Shown in pieces: positions 38,041 to 51,011 of a stretch of 64,000 bases of DNA. The position numbers were made by a program, and so were the translations under genes. Position 1 is the first letter of the stretch. Every line of letters starts with the position of its first letter. The notes beneath the pieces are model-generated. The model did not search any database. It saw nothing but the letters and a program-made list of their open reading frames with translations, and was not told the DNA's origin. The stretch is from contig JANJGN010000034.1 of the NCBI GenBank assembly GCA_026770705.1, positions 4,898,001 through 4,962,000 on the forward strand. Reading direction: 5' to 3'. This DNA comes from Isurus oxyrinchus (taxonomy: Eukaryota).

Positions 38041-39254
38041 GTGAGTAACAGCAAATCAGTCTGCATTATTAATTGTACAAAATGACTGCACAATAAGCCG
38101 AAGTATGATTTGGACTATCTGCTGATCACTTGCAATGAGTGCAAAATTACGGGCAGCATGAAACATGTCACAGCATTTTATTTTGTAGTAAACAGTAGCC
38201 TTGACTTGCTTTGTGTTGCTTGTTGTTGTTTCTTAACATCATCGTTTTGTCTACCAAACCTCATTCTCCTTTCTGCCTTTCGAATGCTAATGTTGCACAC
38301 TGATATTTTAAATGGGTTGACGTGGTTATGAACATCAACCTCGAATCGCAAATCATAAAGATGAGCCATTCGGTCCATTATGCCTGCTCTTAGTCTTTCA
38401 CAGGCATGTGCACCATTCTGAAGACAGTGAGCTATTCCACTAGGCAGCCCACATTTCCTTCCTCGACAAAAATATAATTTCATTTCGAAAATAGCTGTTG
38501 AATTTTCAAAGTTTATTTATTCCATGGAGGCAAATTTTGGAAGCCAATCTGGTTCTTTGGCAATTGTCGTGGAGTCGCCATTCTAAAACCCTTAAAGCAA
38601 GGATGTCAATTTGACCCATCATGACCATGCTGACCCGAAGCATGAACACCACGTTTCCTCTTAATCATGCGTCTTTATCTCCGTCATTTATAAACGTTAT
38701 CTTTTCAGGTAATTATTATTCTTTCTTAGCAAGAAATCGAATGAATCTACTGCAATCATAATCTTAGACATTCCATTCCATATTTTCAACACTCGCTTTT
38801 TAAGAAGTGTTCCACGTCGCCGCTGCTTCATTTGCAACAATTTTGTTCAGAAATATTTTTTTTCATTTTTTGTTGTCACCATCCGAATTAAGATTTGGAA
38901 AACCTCAAAAAAACGTTATTATCATTTTTTCAGTTCCACGGATACCACTGCCACCATGCTCCAGCCCCGCACACCAGGCCCACCTTCTGAAATCTAACCA
39001 GGAAGCTGAGATCCTACATCACTGGAAGCATTTTTGTGAACGTAATGATTATTGCAAAGGCAAAACCAAGACAAGGATTTTGACCTGCCCAAAGCGTTTC
39101 GCTAATTTACCTGTGCCTGACAGAATTGAGGGTTCACAAGGAACGCTTATTAGAACATTATCCTTGACAGGTCGGAACAAGTGGAGGATTATTCAGCTTT
39201 ATGGACCCTTCATTAAGTCTGTGGACTTTTCTTTTTTGTTTTGCCTTTGAACAG

Positions 39255-39281
39255 ATGTTGAGCACGACATTAAATCAGCCG
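39255..39281 (+). CDS. Micro-exon 10 (27 nt); (N)VEHDIKSA
   Basis: ttttgcctttgaacag|ATGTTGAGCACGACATTAAATCAGCCG|gtaagt. Confidence 0.8.
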
Positions 39282-39502
39282 GTAAGTTAAAAAAAAAGAA
39301 CTATGGACATTTGCATAGATGATGTTGCTTATTTTGTTACTAGAAAAAAAATATATTAGCCCTAATTTAGCCTGCGCAAGTTCAGGCACATTTTTAAACT
39401 AATTTCCAACTAGCGACCGGAACAGACATTATATCTTAAGTTGAAAAACACTTTACAACTTTCACGTAAAGTAATTATGTGACCTGTTTTTATTTTATGC
39501 AG

Positions 39503-39529
39503 AACTGAATAATTGCAAGAAGGTTTTTG
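39503..39529 (+). CDS. Micro-exon 11 (27 nt); (E)LNNCKKVF
   Basis: tattttatgcag|AACTGAATAATTGCAAGAAGGTTTTTG|gtgagt; resembles exon 2. Confidence 0.8.
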
Positions 39530-40399
39530 GTGAGTGGAAACTATATGAATTTGACGCTAAAATAACGCTTGTGAGGTCATTCTGAATATTTCAGTTCAAG
39601 AGAACAGTGGCTGTATTATTAAGAACAACAATTCGGTATGCTCAAATTATTTGTGTTAATTGATTTCAGTTATTGTCTGAGGAAAAAAAAACTTGTTGGG
39701 AATGTTGTTAGACTGTTCAAAGTTTCTAATGACTCGTGTCTTCTCACAGTTAATTCAGAACAATGTCTTCATCACACCTTTACTTATGGCCTTATAGTTA
39801 GAAGTATATCCTATGTAGTCTTAGAGGGCTAATCCAAATACAAATTGGATATAATTATAAAAGTGTAGTCGAACTCCCATAAAACTGCTGAGCTTACATT
39901 AAATGTATATGTTGCGTTTCCTCAGCCGTCATAATTGACGTGTGCCTTGCGCTCTCCTGGGCAGGGTGGGATATTTACATTCTTACTGAAATAGTAATCG
40001 AGAGCCCATGTGAATATTGTATGTAACCAGATATATAATCCTGCCCGAAAGTTAGTGGCATGCAAATCCAATTAGGCAATATTTATTGAATTAGAAGCAT
40101 GAGAATGAAATATCGGATTGCCATTAAAAAAATGAACAAACAATTACAGAAAAAAGTAAATCACCTACATTGGTCTCCGGAGCAACTTTGTGCAAATGTT
40201 TCCAATCTGCGCACTGGATTGGCCTAGGAAGCCATTCAGTGATAAGAAACAGCTGCAGAAATTTGGAAAGCAACAAAACCAGAGATACCACGCTCTTTCG
40301 TCAAAGCCCGTTTGGAAAGTAGAAGTTCACTCCCTTCAATCGATCCAATGTTTTTATTCTTTCGAACATCTGAGGATTTGTGGCAACATTGAATGAATT

Positions 40400-42130
40400 C
40401 TCCCACAGTTTAGTCAATAAAAGGCAGACAGAGCAATACTCATTGAAGCTTATCGATCAGCCAAAGTCCCAGGCATCAGCATTTTTGGCCGTATCCTGAC
40501 CCAGCAGAGGAAGATAAACAATGTTTGTGAAGTAGTCTCAGTGGGAATTCTGACATTGTGAACGTTAGAGGATTAGCCTCAGGTCATCACTTCAAACATA
40601 GAAGCCAGGCGTGTTGGTTACGGCAGAAGTGATTATTCAACTAAAGAAGCAAAATCCTGCAAAATTGAAATCACATAGAAAGACCAATGAGGATAGAGTG
40701 GGCAGAAAATATACTCTGCTTGGTCCATTTAATTGGTCTGCACCAGGAACTGCTCTGTAGACAAATGCTGACCAAGATTGCAGAGTCTGGAAGGGCATAT
40801 CTGTCAAAATAGGTCTCCAAAATCTGGAGACCGTGCAGGCAAGAAGGAAAGAAACTTTACTGATGTAACACACAACAATATGCTTGTGGCAGATGCATCT
40901 GTGTGAAACATTGTTGGCAGGTGTAAGAACTCAAGAGCCCTTGGCGAGGTGAAATCCAAAATCAAACTGAGTTTGCTGAGTTTTGTGTTGTTTAGCACTG
41001 TCATCGTGCTAATCATGATAGTTTCAGGGCAGAAATAAGATCTCTTACCTTAATGTTCCATGAGGTTTTTCATCGATCAGCCGTACAGAGAATGTATTCA
41101 ACCACAACATTTCACCTCAACGTCTGCTATAATCCTGCATCTTGCAACACCTTAAAAGGCAAGATAGCAACCCTGGTTCATTGTGCAGTGCAGTGTATAT
41201 CACAATGTATAACTGAAACTGAAGTTCGACCCTGGCTGAGCTAAACAACAGGATTTTATGTGTGACAAACATCAGGCTGTGCACCCAAGGAGCAAAACTC
41301 ATGCATCCCAGAACCAACAGAGCAGGTAGAAGATCACCATTTCTGCCAAAAGAAATCGATAAAATGTGCTTGAAAGTTCAGCAAAAACAGTGCATGTGGA
41401 GCCTCTAAATATATCCTCGAGGGGAAAGATGGGGGTGACAAGTACTTTGCAAAACAAAATCAGCATAAAAGTAGCTCAACATGGAAAGGCCGTTGGGGAG
41501 TGCACACGGGACCAGTTATCCAGAACCCTTGGTTAATGACTTTGGGATAACAAATAATGGAATTTGAATTTAATAATCATAATTTGGAGTTAAGTCTAAT
41601 GATGACCATGGCACCATTGTTGATTGTCGTAAAAAAAAATGTGGCTCCCTCATGACACCTAGGGTAGGAAATCTCCTTACCTGGTCTTCCCTTAATGCGA
41701 CTATCAAATGCCTGAGATGTACACCGTCTTCTCAAGAGCATTTAAGGATGGGCAATGAAATAAACTGCCAAACGAACGACCCATTTCACCATTCTGATCT
41801 TGCGCTCTTGAACACAGATGTCTACATTCATCCATTGCCAATCAACATAGCTTAGGCATTGGATACTGCAAATTTGATGAGCACGGACAACATCCCAGCA
41901 AACGATACTAAAGACTTCAGACCTAGCTATGTATGATGCCAGTCTTTTCGAATAGACCTACAACACTGACATCTAACTGACAAAATGGAGAATTGCCCAG
42001 TTATGTCGTATGTTAAAAATAGGAAAAACAATCCTAACTCTTATCCACTCAATTAACACACATTAGTCGCCTCTCTATCATTACTAAAGTTATGGAAGCT
42101 TTCATGGTCAATGCTATGAGGGATTAACAG
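40400..42130 (+). mobile_element. Decayed LINE fragment with SINE insertion (~41540-41780)
   Basis: Remnants such as ggacaacatcccagca.., caaaatggagaattgcccag..; SINE core atgaccatg..ttgtcgtaaaa..aggaaatct. Confidence 0.45.
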
Positions 42131-42759
42131 TGAAAACCATCCTGTTCAATGATGATCAGTTTGTGTTCCAAGACCGCATGGTGTGTGAATTGGAGGGTAA
42201 TTGTGATGTGAGAGTGTCCCCATATTATTGCTCCCCATTTTATATCTACATGATACACCGCACTGGTGTTCGAGGCATTATAGGAGGAACTGTTTCAAGT
42301 TACTGCAATGGTTGTTTTATGCTGCCCATGTCGGCCAATCTATGCCGAAGGTGTTTCGGGTGAATTTCTCTTGATAAAGTCATGGCGCACGTGGGAGAAC
42401 CAACTTATATTGTGGAGGATTTGGGACATTGTCTGTGAAGCATGATTATATGAGTAATAATATGTCGGGCTGCATTATTACTCATCTTGAGACAGCGATT
42501 CTAATTTTGGCACAAATCCCCATTTGAAATTTAGAAGGACTTTGTTAATCATCTGGGGAGGACACGTTGGAATCGTTTCGGGTGCCTATGCAAATAGATT
42601 TTTTTTGGCCTGTGCCAATGTAGCTTGGTACTTATGACCAGCTTGCCATGTGATTTCGGAACCCACATATAATATGACTCAGCGACATTGATAATGAATA
42701 AAAAAGAAATATCAGCAGTTATGAAGCAAAGTTCCACAATTGAAGCATTTTTACAGCGC

Positions 42760-45700
42760 AGAAGGAGGCCAACTGGGAACGTGAGCCTCCGCCATCATTC
42801 TGAAACAATAACTCACCTGGAGCAAATTCCGCGTTGTCAGCCATGAACGACGAGACCTCCTCAGAAATTTTTTCAATTCCATCTCGAGTACCTCAATTGA
42901 TCTGTTGCCACGAGGTTCTCAAACAGTGCGGTACACATCTGAGCAGCTGACTGCGTAAAACAAAATGTCCCATTGTCTCCATTGATTCTGCGGACAATTA
43001 TCAAAAATGCATCCCATTTTGTTTTTTTTTTATATCTTCCCAGCAGCTGGATCAGCTGTTATCTCAGCCCAGACAACACACAATTCCTAATAATTCAATC
43101 AGATCTCGTCTCAAACTTCTCTTCTTGAAAGAAAGTTGTCCTAATTTCTCCAGTCTATCTCGCTAGACAATGTTGCTCCTACCTGGGCCAATTGTCATTG
43201 TTCTTCTCTGCAGTCTTTCTGCATTCTCATATCCCCTGAATTACTGCTCCGGCCCAATTGAGATAAAAACTGTTTTTCATACTAAGTCACACTTCCTGCA
43301 CTTTTATATTCTTCCCCTAACAATCAAGGCTAGTTTGTCAACCGCTACCCTCAGGTCTGGTGCTACCTCCATTGAATTGGGTACATGTATTCCCAAACCG
43401 CTGTTTATATACCAGCCTTTGCAAATGTACCCTTCACTTTATCTTGGCTCACCGGCTTCTAAGTAACAATGTGTATCACTTCACAATTCTTGAGCCCAAC
43501 TTCACCTGTCACTTGCCTGGTCATACCTCTTTCGCTCTACAGGTAGACTACAAGCATTCGTTCATTCCGAAATTCGTCCATTAATCAATGCTCTTTATTT
43601 CCTGACCCTCATCCCCTGGTTTCCACGAGTTACACATCTGCTTTTTGGTATGTTGGGAAACAATCTATCAAACACCGACATATTTCCCTCAGAAGCCCTC
43701 TCTCTTTGCTCTTCCAATAACTCCAACAAGTTCTTCAAAATCGATGCCACCTTAGCAAATGCATCCCGGTTTTCCTTTATTATCCCGTTTTTGAACAGGT
43801 GACAATGACATTTTTTCCAGAAGCTTCCACAGCAACAAACCTGTATTTGCGAGGCTTAGCTTTAAACACTTTTTGATCCAGTGTTCCATATGTCCAACAT
43901 TTCTGTCCTCTGGAATAAACAAAAGTCGGCGAAAGGCTGACAAAATCTGGCTAGACCCCGTACAATTTCTACTTCACGTTTGCCAAGTCCTTTTGGGTGC
44001 ATCTCAAGCCCTTCTGGCTCCTTAGCAAACGTCAGTGCAAAATACCTATCCAGTTTCAATTTAGCAGAATTCAAGTACGAGCTGTTTCACCATGAACTAG
44101 GCCGCATCTTCTTTATTTTTAAAGAAAAATGCCAAGTATTCATTTAACACATCAGTAATTCCAGATTCCCCGATGTGTAATTCAGACATTTACTTTCGAG
44201 TCAGCCCCACTTCAACCTTTGCCGCTTACTTAATCTGGGCATGCCTATAGAACACTTTAACATTATTTTTAAGGCAGATTCCTGTTAATTATCATAATTT
44301 CTACCATATCCCGTATGATTTTAGATTTCCTCTCTGAAACATTTATATTCAGCTGTCATCACAGCTTTTTTTTTCAGTGCGCATCTGTATTTCTGTGATC
44401 AACAATCGACTTTGGATTGGCTTCATCCCTGTTTCCACACCACCGGAAAATAGATATATTTCTCCACCACCACCCTGCACCCATCCCCCCTCCCCCAGCA
44501 GAACAATCCCTTCTTTAAGATGGGGCCCATTATTGAGTTAGATTATTTCATGTGAATTTTTGTTTCCGTTTTATCCACCATGACATTTTTTTTTTGTATA
44601 CCACTGAAGAAAGTTTTAACCTAGTTGGCTATTTGACTCAGGATCGTATTTTGTCATTGTCCTTAGTCAATTTGAAACTTATAGTAGATGTATCACTGCC
44701 CTCTGTAAATTATCCACTGTTGGTACTTCTTTCAACCAGGAATTGATTCTAGCAGTGCCTATTTCTCGTTGGACTGGAAACATTTATCAATATACAACTT
44801 TACTGAATAGACACCAGGAACTTTGGCTAACTCTTCCTTTTTACTACCCTGACTTACTTTTGGATAACTAAAGTTCAACCAATAGAACTATTTTGCAATC
44901 GTTGTTCCTTGTTCTAATGATTTTGCAAATTTCTTCTGCTTCTTCGTTCCCATTATTTGAGCTCCTATAGACTGCATTCGGCAATATAATTGCACTTCCT
45001 TTGATCTTCAGCTCTAGCCAAATCGACTTTGTCTATTACCTCCCCTAGTCAGCCTCACACCTTGCCTTTCTTCCTTCCCTGTTGTTGCTGAGGATCTTGC
45101 TGCGTATTGCATTTTTGTTGAGTCATGTCTCTTTTATAACCACACATAATATTGTGAAAAGGTACTCTAAAACTGGATCTCAGCAACAGTATTGCCCACA
45201 CCCGATCCCTTCGCATACATGCAAGGGAATACTGATGCAGAATTACCAAATTTATCAATTAATCAGAATCCAGCTCATAACATGCAATTCGCTTATTTAG
45301 TACAATTTGTACATCCTATTATTTCAACCACCTCTGTCTTCATCCCTGAAAATATCTCCTGGATTCTGCATCCCTGCTAAATCATTGCCCAACTTCCCCA
45401 ATGGAACTAGGAATTCCCATAAGCAACACTCCTGGCTTGCACAGTACCAAACACTTGCAAAAACGGTTCTAAGTCACAAACATTCAGTCAAAACCTTGAT
45501 GCTGGTAACAGGTGGACAATCCATTCTCTTGAATCCAGGCCTGAAGGAACACCCTCCCATTTCCAGAAATTTCAAATGTCCAATCACGTATGTTCTTGCA
45601 GTCTTTTTCAAGTCACTCAGTTCAGCTGAGCCAGCTGTGTGCCATGGAATTAGCACTGCCTGTATTCGCTAGTGAAGCCATCAGTTGCATCAGTATTTGT

Positions 45701-45900
45701 AAATGGATGATGGTGGAAGACTAGAAAACACCCGTTGGATATTTGCATGACCAGGCGATATCCTCCTGGAGGTCCGTTGGTCAGCATTCTCGATTTCCCA
45801 ACTTGCCCTTAAGCTTCATGGTGAAGACACCTATAAATGGAACGATCAAGTTGATGGATGGAATACCGTAATGCCAGCTGCTGCCCAAACTCTAAAAACT
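42760..45900 (-). mobile_element. Long, heavily decayed CR1-like LINE
   Basis: Scattered minus-strand remnants (NSAKLKLDRY, PVQKRDNKGKPG); no intact frame. Confidence 0.45.
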
Positions 45901-46824
45901 GACTTCAATCTGCTGAACCTTACAACAATTGCTGTAAAATAAAAAAAATCCAGAAGGCATGAAGGGACCGGCGTTCCTACATAAGACAATATGTGGCCAC
46001 CGGATTTTGGAACAGCCATGTCATTTCCAATCTCTTTAAAAAAAATAATGATTTTGAATACAGCCAGCATTTCTTGTTCCTCCTTAATTGCTCTTGAGAA
46101 GGTGTTGGCGAGCAACTTTATTGAAGCTCAGTGCTGCTTCTGGAACTAATTTCTTGGAACAAGTCGTAATGGTGATAATGAACATGACGAATATTCATTT
46201 GTTATTAATAATAATAAGCAATGCTAATAATAATGAACATCAATTCAACTATTGACATGGCTTAAAACAAAATAAAACCAGCGGCAGTCAATCACTTCGC
46301 TTCTGCTTAGGTCAGTTAAATATTAGGAAGTTAGCTAAATGTTTCATTTAAATTATCAACGTTCTTTAGCGTCCAAGTTGTTTTAACTCTGTCCCTATCT
46401 TTGCAGAAAGGGAAACAAAGCAATCAGTTTCACCAGCTAATCAACTGATGTCTTTCTTGTGGTGACACGTTTTATTTGATGGGAAAAAAATCCAGCTAGC
46501 CACCGGAAGATGCTGCTTCTCCATTTTCCTCCTTTACTTAAGTGCTAGGCCTTGATTCTAGATATCAAGTTGTCTTCCTCTCTGTTCTCCGTGCTCTCCA
46601 CTGCTCATAGCTGGAGAGCTAAATTTGGGATGACATTATGTTTACTGATGGAGAAAGGTAACAGGAGAACAGGAGCATTTCGAAAGGTAAACGAGGGAGA
46701 AACTGGCATCATTTTGTGATTAGATTTTTTTATAAAAATGGTAATATGCAAAAAAAATAAAAAAAAAATAAGTTGTGGGATTTGGCCTCATGGGTACATA
46801 ATTTATATTAATTCATATTTTTAG

Positions 46825-46851
46825 TTCTGATGCATTTCAAAATGAATGCAG
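46825..46851 (+). CDS. Micro-exon 12 (27 nt); (V)LMHFKMNA
   Basis: catatttttag|TTCTGATGCATTTCAAAATGAATGCAG|gtaaat. Confidence 0.7.
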
Positions 46852-47685
46852 GTAAATGATAATATTTCAATTATATTATATTGACTCATCTGATGGTTGA
46901 AAAATATCCATATTTTTGTTCAGGATATTGCTGAATAAGTATACATTTCATATATTCGTTTTGCAGCAACTTAAAATGAGTCTTAACATATTGCTTACTT
47001 GATCAGCATGTTTCGAGGAAGTTAAGGCTTGATTACCGTTTCATACCAGCTATGATTAATGATGATGGTGAAAGGACATTACATGGTAGCAGTAGACCAG
47101 TGTCGTTATGAAGGGCTTCTTATGCTCCTGAAGGAGAGATCAGCATCATTAACAAATTGTCACCATTCATGACCCACCCGATCTCCTCCAGGCAACTTCC
47201 ACCTAATCTTGTATATATTTTAATGTCTTGGACCAAGTTCCCTAAAAGAAATCTACATGACACAATTGCTACACTCATAGGTCAGCGATCCAGTTCCCTT
47301 GCCACGGTATCCACAGAGTAAATATCCTTCACGGCCGTTTGTGAAACACGTCATAGTCTAAGGAAAACAAGTCTTGTCTAAAGATTCTAGAGTTCCACTC
47401 CTACGTAGTTTCAATTAATGTGCGCCAATGTTTGTGGAATTCCATCAACATTACGTGAGGGACACTATAGACGCCTCTATTTATTCTATATAGCTGTACC
47501 AGTTCAGATCTAGTATAACTGGAATATCGAGGCTAGAATACTGGTTGTCGGCGGTGGGGAAGGTTGGGAATATGGGAACATTACTCTGAGTCGATTTTGG
47601 CAATATTCCCTTCACATGGAATGTTTTCAAATTGTGGCACTCAAACGTATATTTACTTTTATTCTTGCGCTTCCTTTATTTTCAG

Positions 47686-47712
47686 AAAATGCACTGAATC
47701 AAATGAATGCAG
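47686..47712 (+). CDS. Micro-exon 13 (27 nt); (E)NALNQMNA
   Basis: ttcctttattttcag|AAAATGCACTGAATCAAATGAATGCAG|gttagt; shares 3' AAATGAATGCAG with exon 12. Confidence 0.75.
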
Positions 47713-48322
47713 GTTAGTTGTTTACTCTCATATGTTGTGAATCGTATCTATGCATGTTTCGACTTGCTGTGTTAAGGCTGAAAGGGCAAAACGACATGTG
47801 AACGTGAGAAAAACAAATTTGAAGTCAAAAAGAAAAAAAAAAAACTATAACGTTATATCAATGAATGGCATCTTATGTTCCCCAATCCATGTTGAAAAAT
47901 TGAACGTGAAGATTTCAACTGACGCCGCTCTGCTATTCAATGTGTTTTTAAAATACAACCTCATAATATTTGGAGAACAAGGAAGTCTTCATAGGGGCTT
48001 GAACAACAATGATTACTCAGGCCATACTATCACAAAAAAGCTACTTGTTCAATCCTCCATCGGAATAAGCTTGAAAGTACTTGGTCTCTGTAAGTGTAGC
48101 AACAATTAGATCATTTCATTGGTCACGCTGTACCAGCTATTGGATTTAATTAAATATAACAAAGCTGATTGCTACATGGGATATATAACAGGCTGCCGAT
48201 GCAACACAATCTGTTTATCCCTATGGACGAGAGGATATGATTTGTTATGCTTCCATAAAAATAAAATATAGATGTATGTATAGAAATCAACGAAGGGACT
48301 GCTTTCGGGCAGTGGAGTCACA

Positions 48323-48518
48323 AATGAATGAATGAATTAATTAATTAAAAATGAATGGATGATTCAAATAAAGAGCAACTGAATGCAAGAATTAATGAAT
48401 AGATGAATGAATGAACGAATGAATGACTTAATTAATTAATGGATGAAGGAACGAATGAATGAAGGGATGGATAAAAGGATTATTGAATCATTGAATGAAT
48501 GGGCGAATGAATGATGAA
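48323..48518. repeat. (GAAT)n-like degenerate simple repeat
   Basis: Visible directly. Confidence 0.9.
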
Positions 48519-48659
48519 CGGTCAGCTAGTAATTAGCACTGAGTAACACAACAATTGAATTGTAATGCTGAACAGGTCTTTATGTCTTGTTCACCGTGAG
48601 CAAATCGAATGTCTCAGACAATGCTACTGACTGTTCATGTTGATATGTTTGTTTTTTAG

Positions 48660-48680
48660 TTCCAAAATTACCTCGCACTG
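48660..48680 (+). CDS. Micro-exon 14 (21 nt); (V)PKLPRT
   Basis: tttgttttttag|TTCCAAAATTACCTCGCACTG|gtaaga. Confidence 0.7.
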
Positions 48681-51011
48681 GTAAGAATTTCATGCAATGG
48701 CACTTTTTTATGTCAGGGTGCTGATCCTGTAGATTCCCGTTTGCGACCAATCATAATATACAAACTCACCAGAATTATTACAATCCATGGTAGAAATATC
48801 TGGAGGTTGTAATATTAGACGAACAGCATTATTTTGCTCGTCATACCAAAAAAATTGGACAGTGCTATGGAGCGATTGGGGAATCAGAGAATGCCCTACT
48901 AGAGAAGAAAAATGTTAAAACGGGCTTAATGAAGACATTTGTCGTTATGAGTAGTTTACTGGAGATAATTTGCTGTCCTTGGTAAATTATACATTGGCGA
49001 TAATTCATCGATTTAAGGTATTTGTAAAAATACCTGGGGGAAGTGAAAATAACTTCCCCAGACTGGAAGCTGTTAGTTACTTGAATTCGCAGTCAGGAAA
49101 TATTGTTGAGTAGGATTGATCTTAAAGACAATTACACCAAGCCCTGAAGGCAGTGAATTTCCCGGGCTCAGGGACATAAAATGTGGTCATGCTGCAAAGA
49201 AGCAATCATGAAGAACGCGATTGTGCTATTTTGAGCAACTTCAGAACATTCCCTAAAATCGCATGCATAGTTTACAATGCATAGACAAGGCAACAGTCAT
49301 ACACACACAAAAAATGATTCCAGGTAATTCGAATCTTGTTCTTCAACACACTGCTTCAAATCACCCGCTAATTTTACAATTGTCTTCATAAAAGATTGTT
49401 CAAATTATTTGCATTCAGTTTAACTCTCGAAAAGTATATAGGTACATCACATGGCTGCAAAATGATTTGCATAGGGAGGGAGAATGCATTCCTAATGCAT
49501 TTTGGTTATCTCCCGAACTCAAAACTGCCTTCTGTGGACAAATTGATTCTGAACCCAGTCGCTAATCTCTTACGATCGATCATTTTTTTCTTATTTAAAT
49601 TAAACTGTGAAAAGTTTTTTACGTGAAGTATTATGTGTTGGAATGAAATTTACGATGTTAGTTGAATCCTGGGAAGGCGTCCGTTGGGGGCGGGGGGATT
49701 TGAAGAGACATATAAAAGTGCATAGTGCTACATAACATTTCGGACACAGGAAAAACGATTCGGCCTATCGAGTCACTCCTTGCATCGAAGGTTCTCTCCT
49801 TTCATGCGTCATACTTCCTCGCCTACACATATAATTATAATCATATTCTGTTTTCCCTGGGAAATTTACGTATATTGTCTTTAAATGCATACATGTTATT
49901 CCATTAGTCTGGTACCTATGGGAGCTTCTTCCACATTCATAAAAGTGTATCTTAAACTACATTTTCTCAGAATTCCATGTTAGTTTTATTGGTGTCATTG
50001 TTATACGTTTGACATCTCGTCTTGTTCTTCACCAGAATGGAAAAATCCTCTTTGAATTCTTTGCAGCAAGATCCACATGTTCTTTAAAACTCCACTAGAT
50101 CATCCCTTAGACAGACAGTGAATATGGGAAGGAGGGAGATAAAAAAAATGTTTCATTTTTTTCCCTGAAGCATTTACCAAGCTTCTCAAGTATCTTCTGT
50201 TATCCCTCGCCAATGTGTTGATTACAGAATTGTTTAAAGTTAACAGCTGCTGTTACGCTCATGTCTGTTATCTGAATGAATAACGGGACTGTTGATATTC
50301 GACCCCATTCCCCATCATCATCTCATGTATTATTCTATGAAAAAAATATACGTTCATACAAATGAACATGCGATTTAGGAGGAGAGTAGGCCAGAAGGCA
50401 CCTCGAGCATGCTGCGAAATTCGACAAGATTACTGTTGATCTGATGGTGGCTTCAACTCCTCATTTATTCTACACTTGACACCATCAATTCACTTATTGG
50501 TCAATCATCTATTCATCCCTACGTTAACCAAAATTGAATCAGTCTCTGCTGATAACGTGAAGAGTATTCCAATGATTTACGAAAATCTTGGATAGCAAAA
50601 AATATTGTCTTCTCCATCATGAATGGGAGGCCCATTATTTTCAAACTAAGAGTCTTATTTCAAGACTCTCCAACAAGGAGACATCACCATTCAATACCCA
50701 TTCTGTCATGTCCCTTCAGTGTATTTTATGTTTCAATGGCGTCACGTCTCAATCGTCTAATTCCGATGTGCACTTTCTCCAAGGGCAGTAGTGTCAATTT
50801 CTCAAAACTACCTACTTATTTCAAGTTCATGGTCACAGTATAAATTCACTGATTTTTTGCTTCTCTCCTCCTAATGTCTTGATATCTTGCACAAAGTTGC
50901 CGACTAGAACTGGACACAATACTCCAGTTAAGGAGAAAACCGTGTATTTAACGATTTTTCCATAACCACCTTAAGCGTGTAGTTTGTGTGCCTTTGAATG
51001 CAACATAGGTT

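Noticed and set aside
38697-38714. ttatcttttcag|gtaatt as a recursive splice site
   Set aside because: The host intron is only ~1.2 kb and the motif can occur by chance.
46924-46938. Possible 15-nt micro-exon
   Set aside because: In-frame TGA and weak donor (gtatac).
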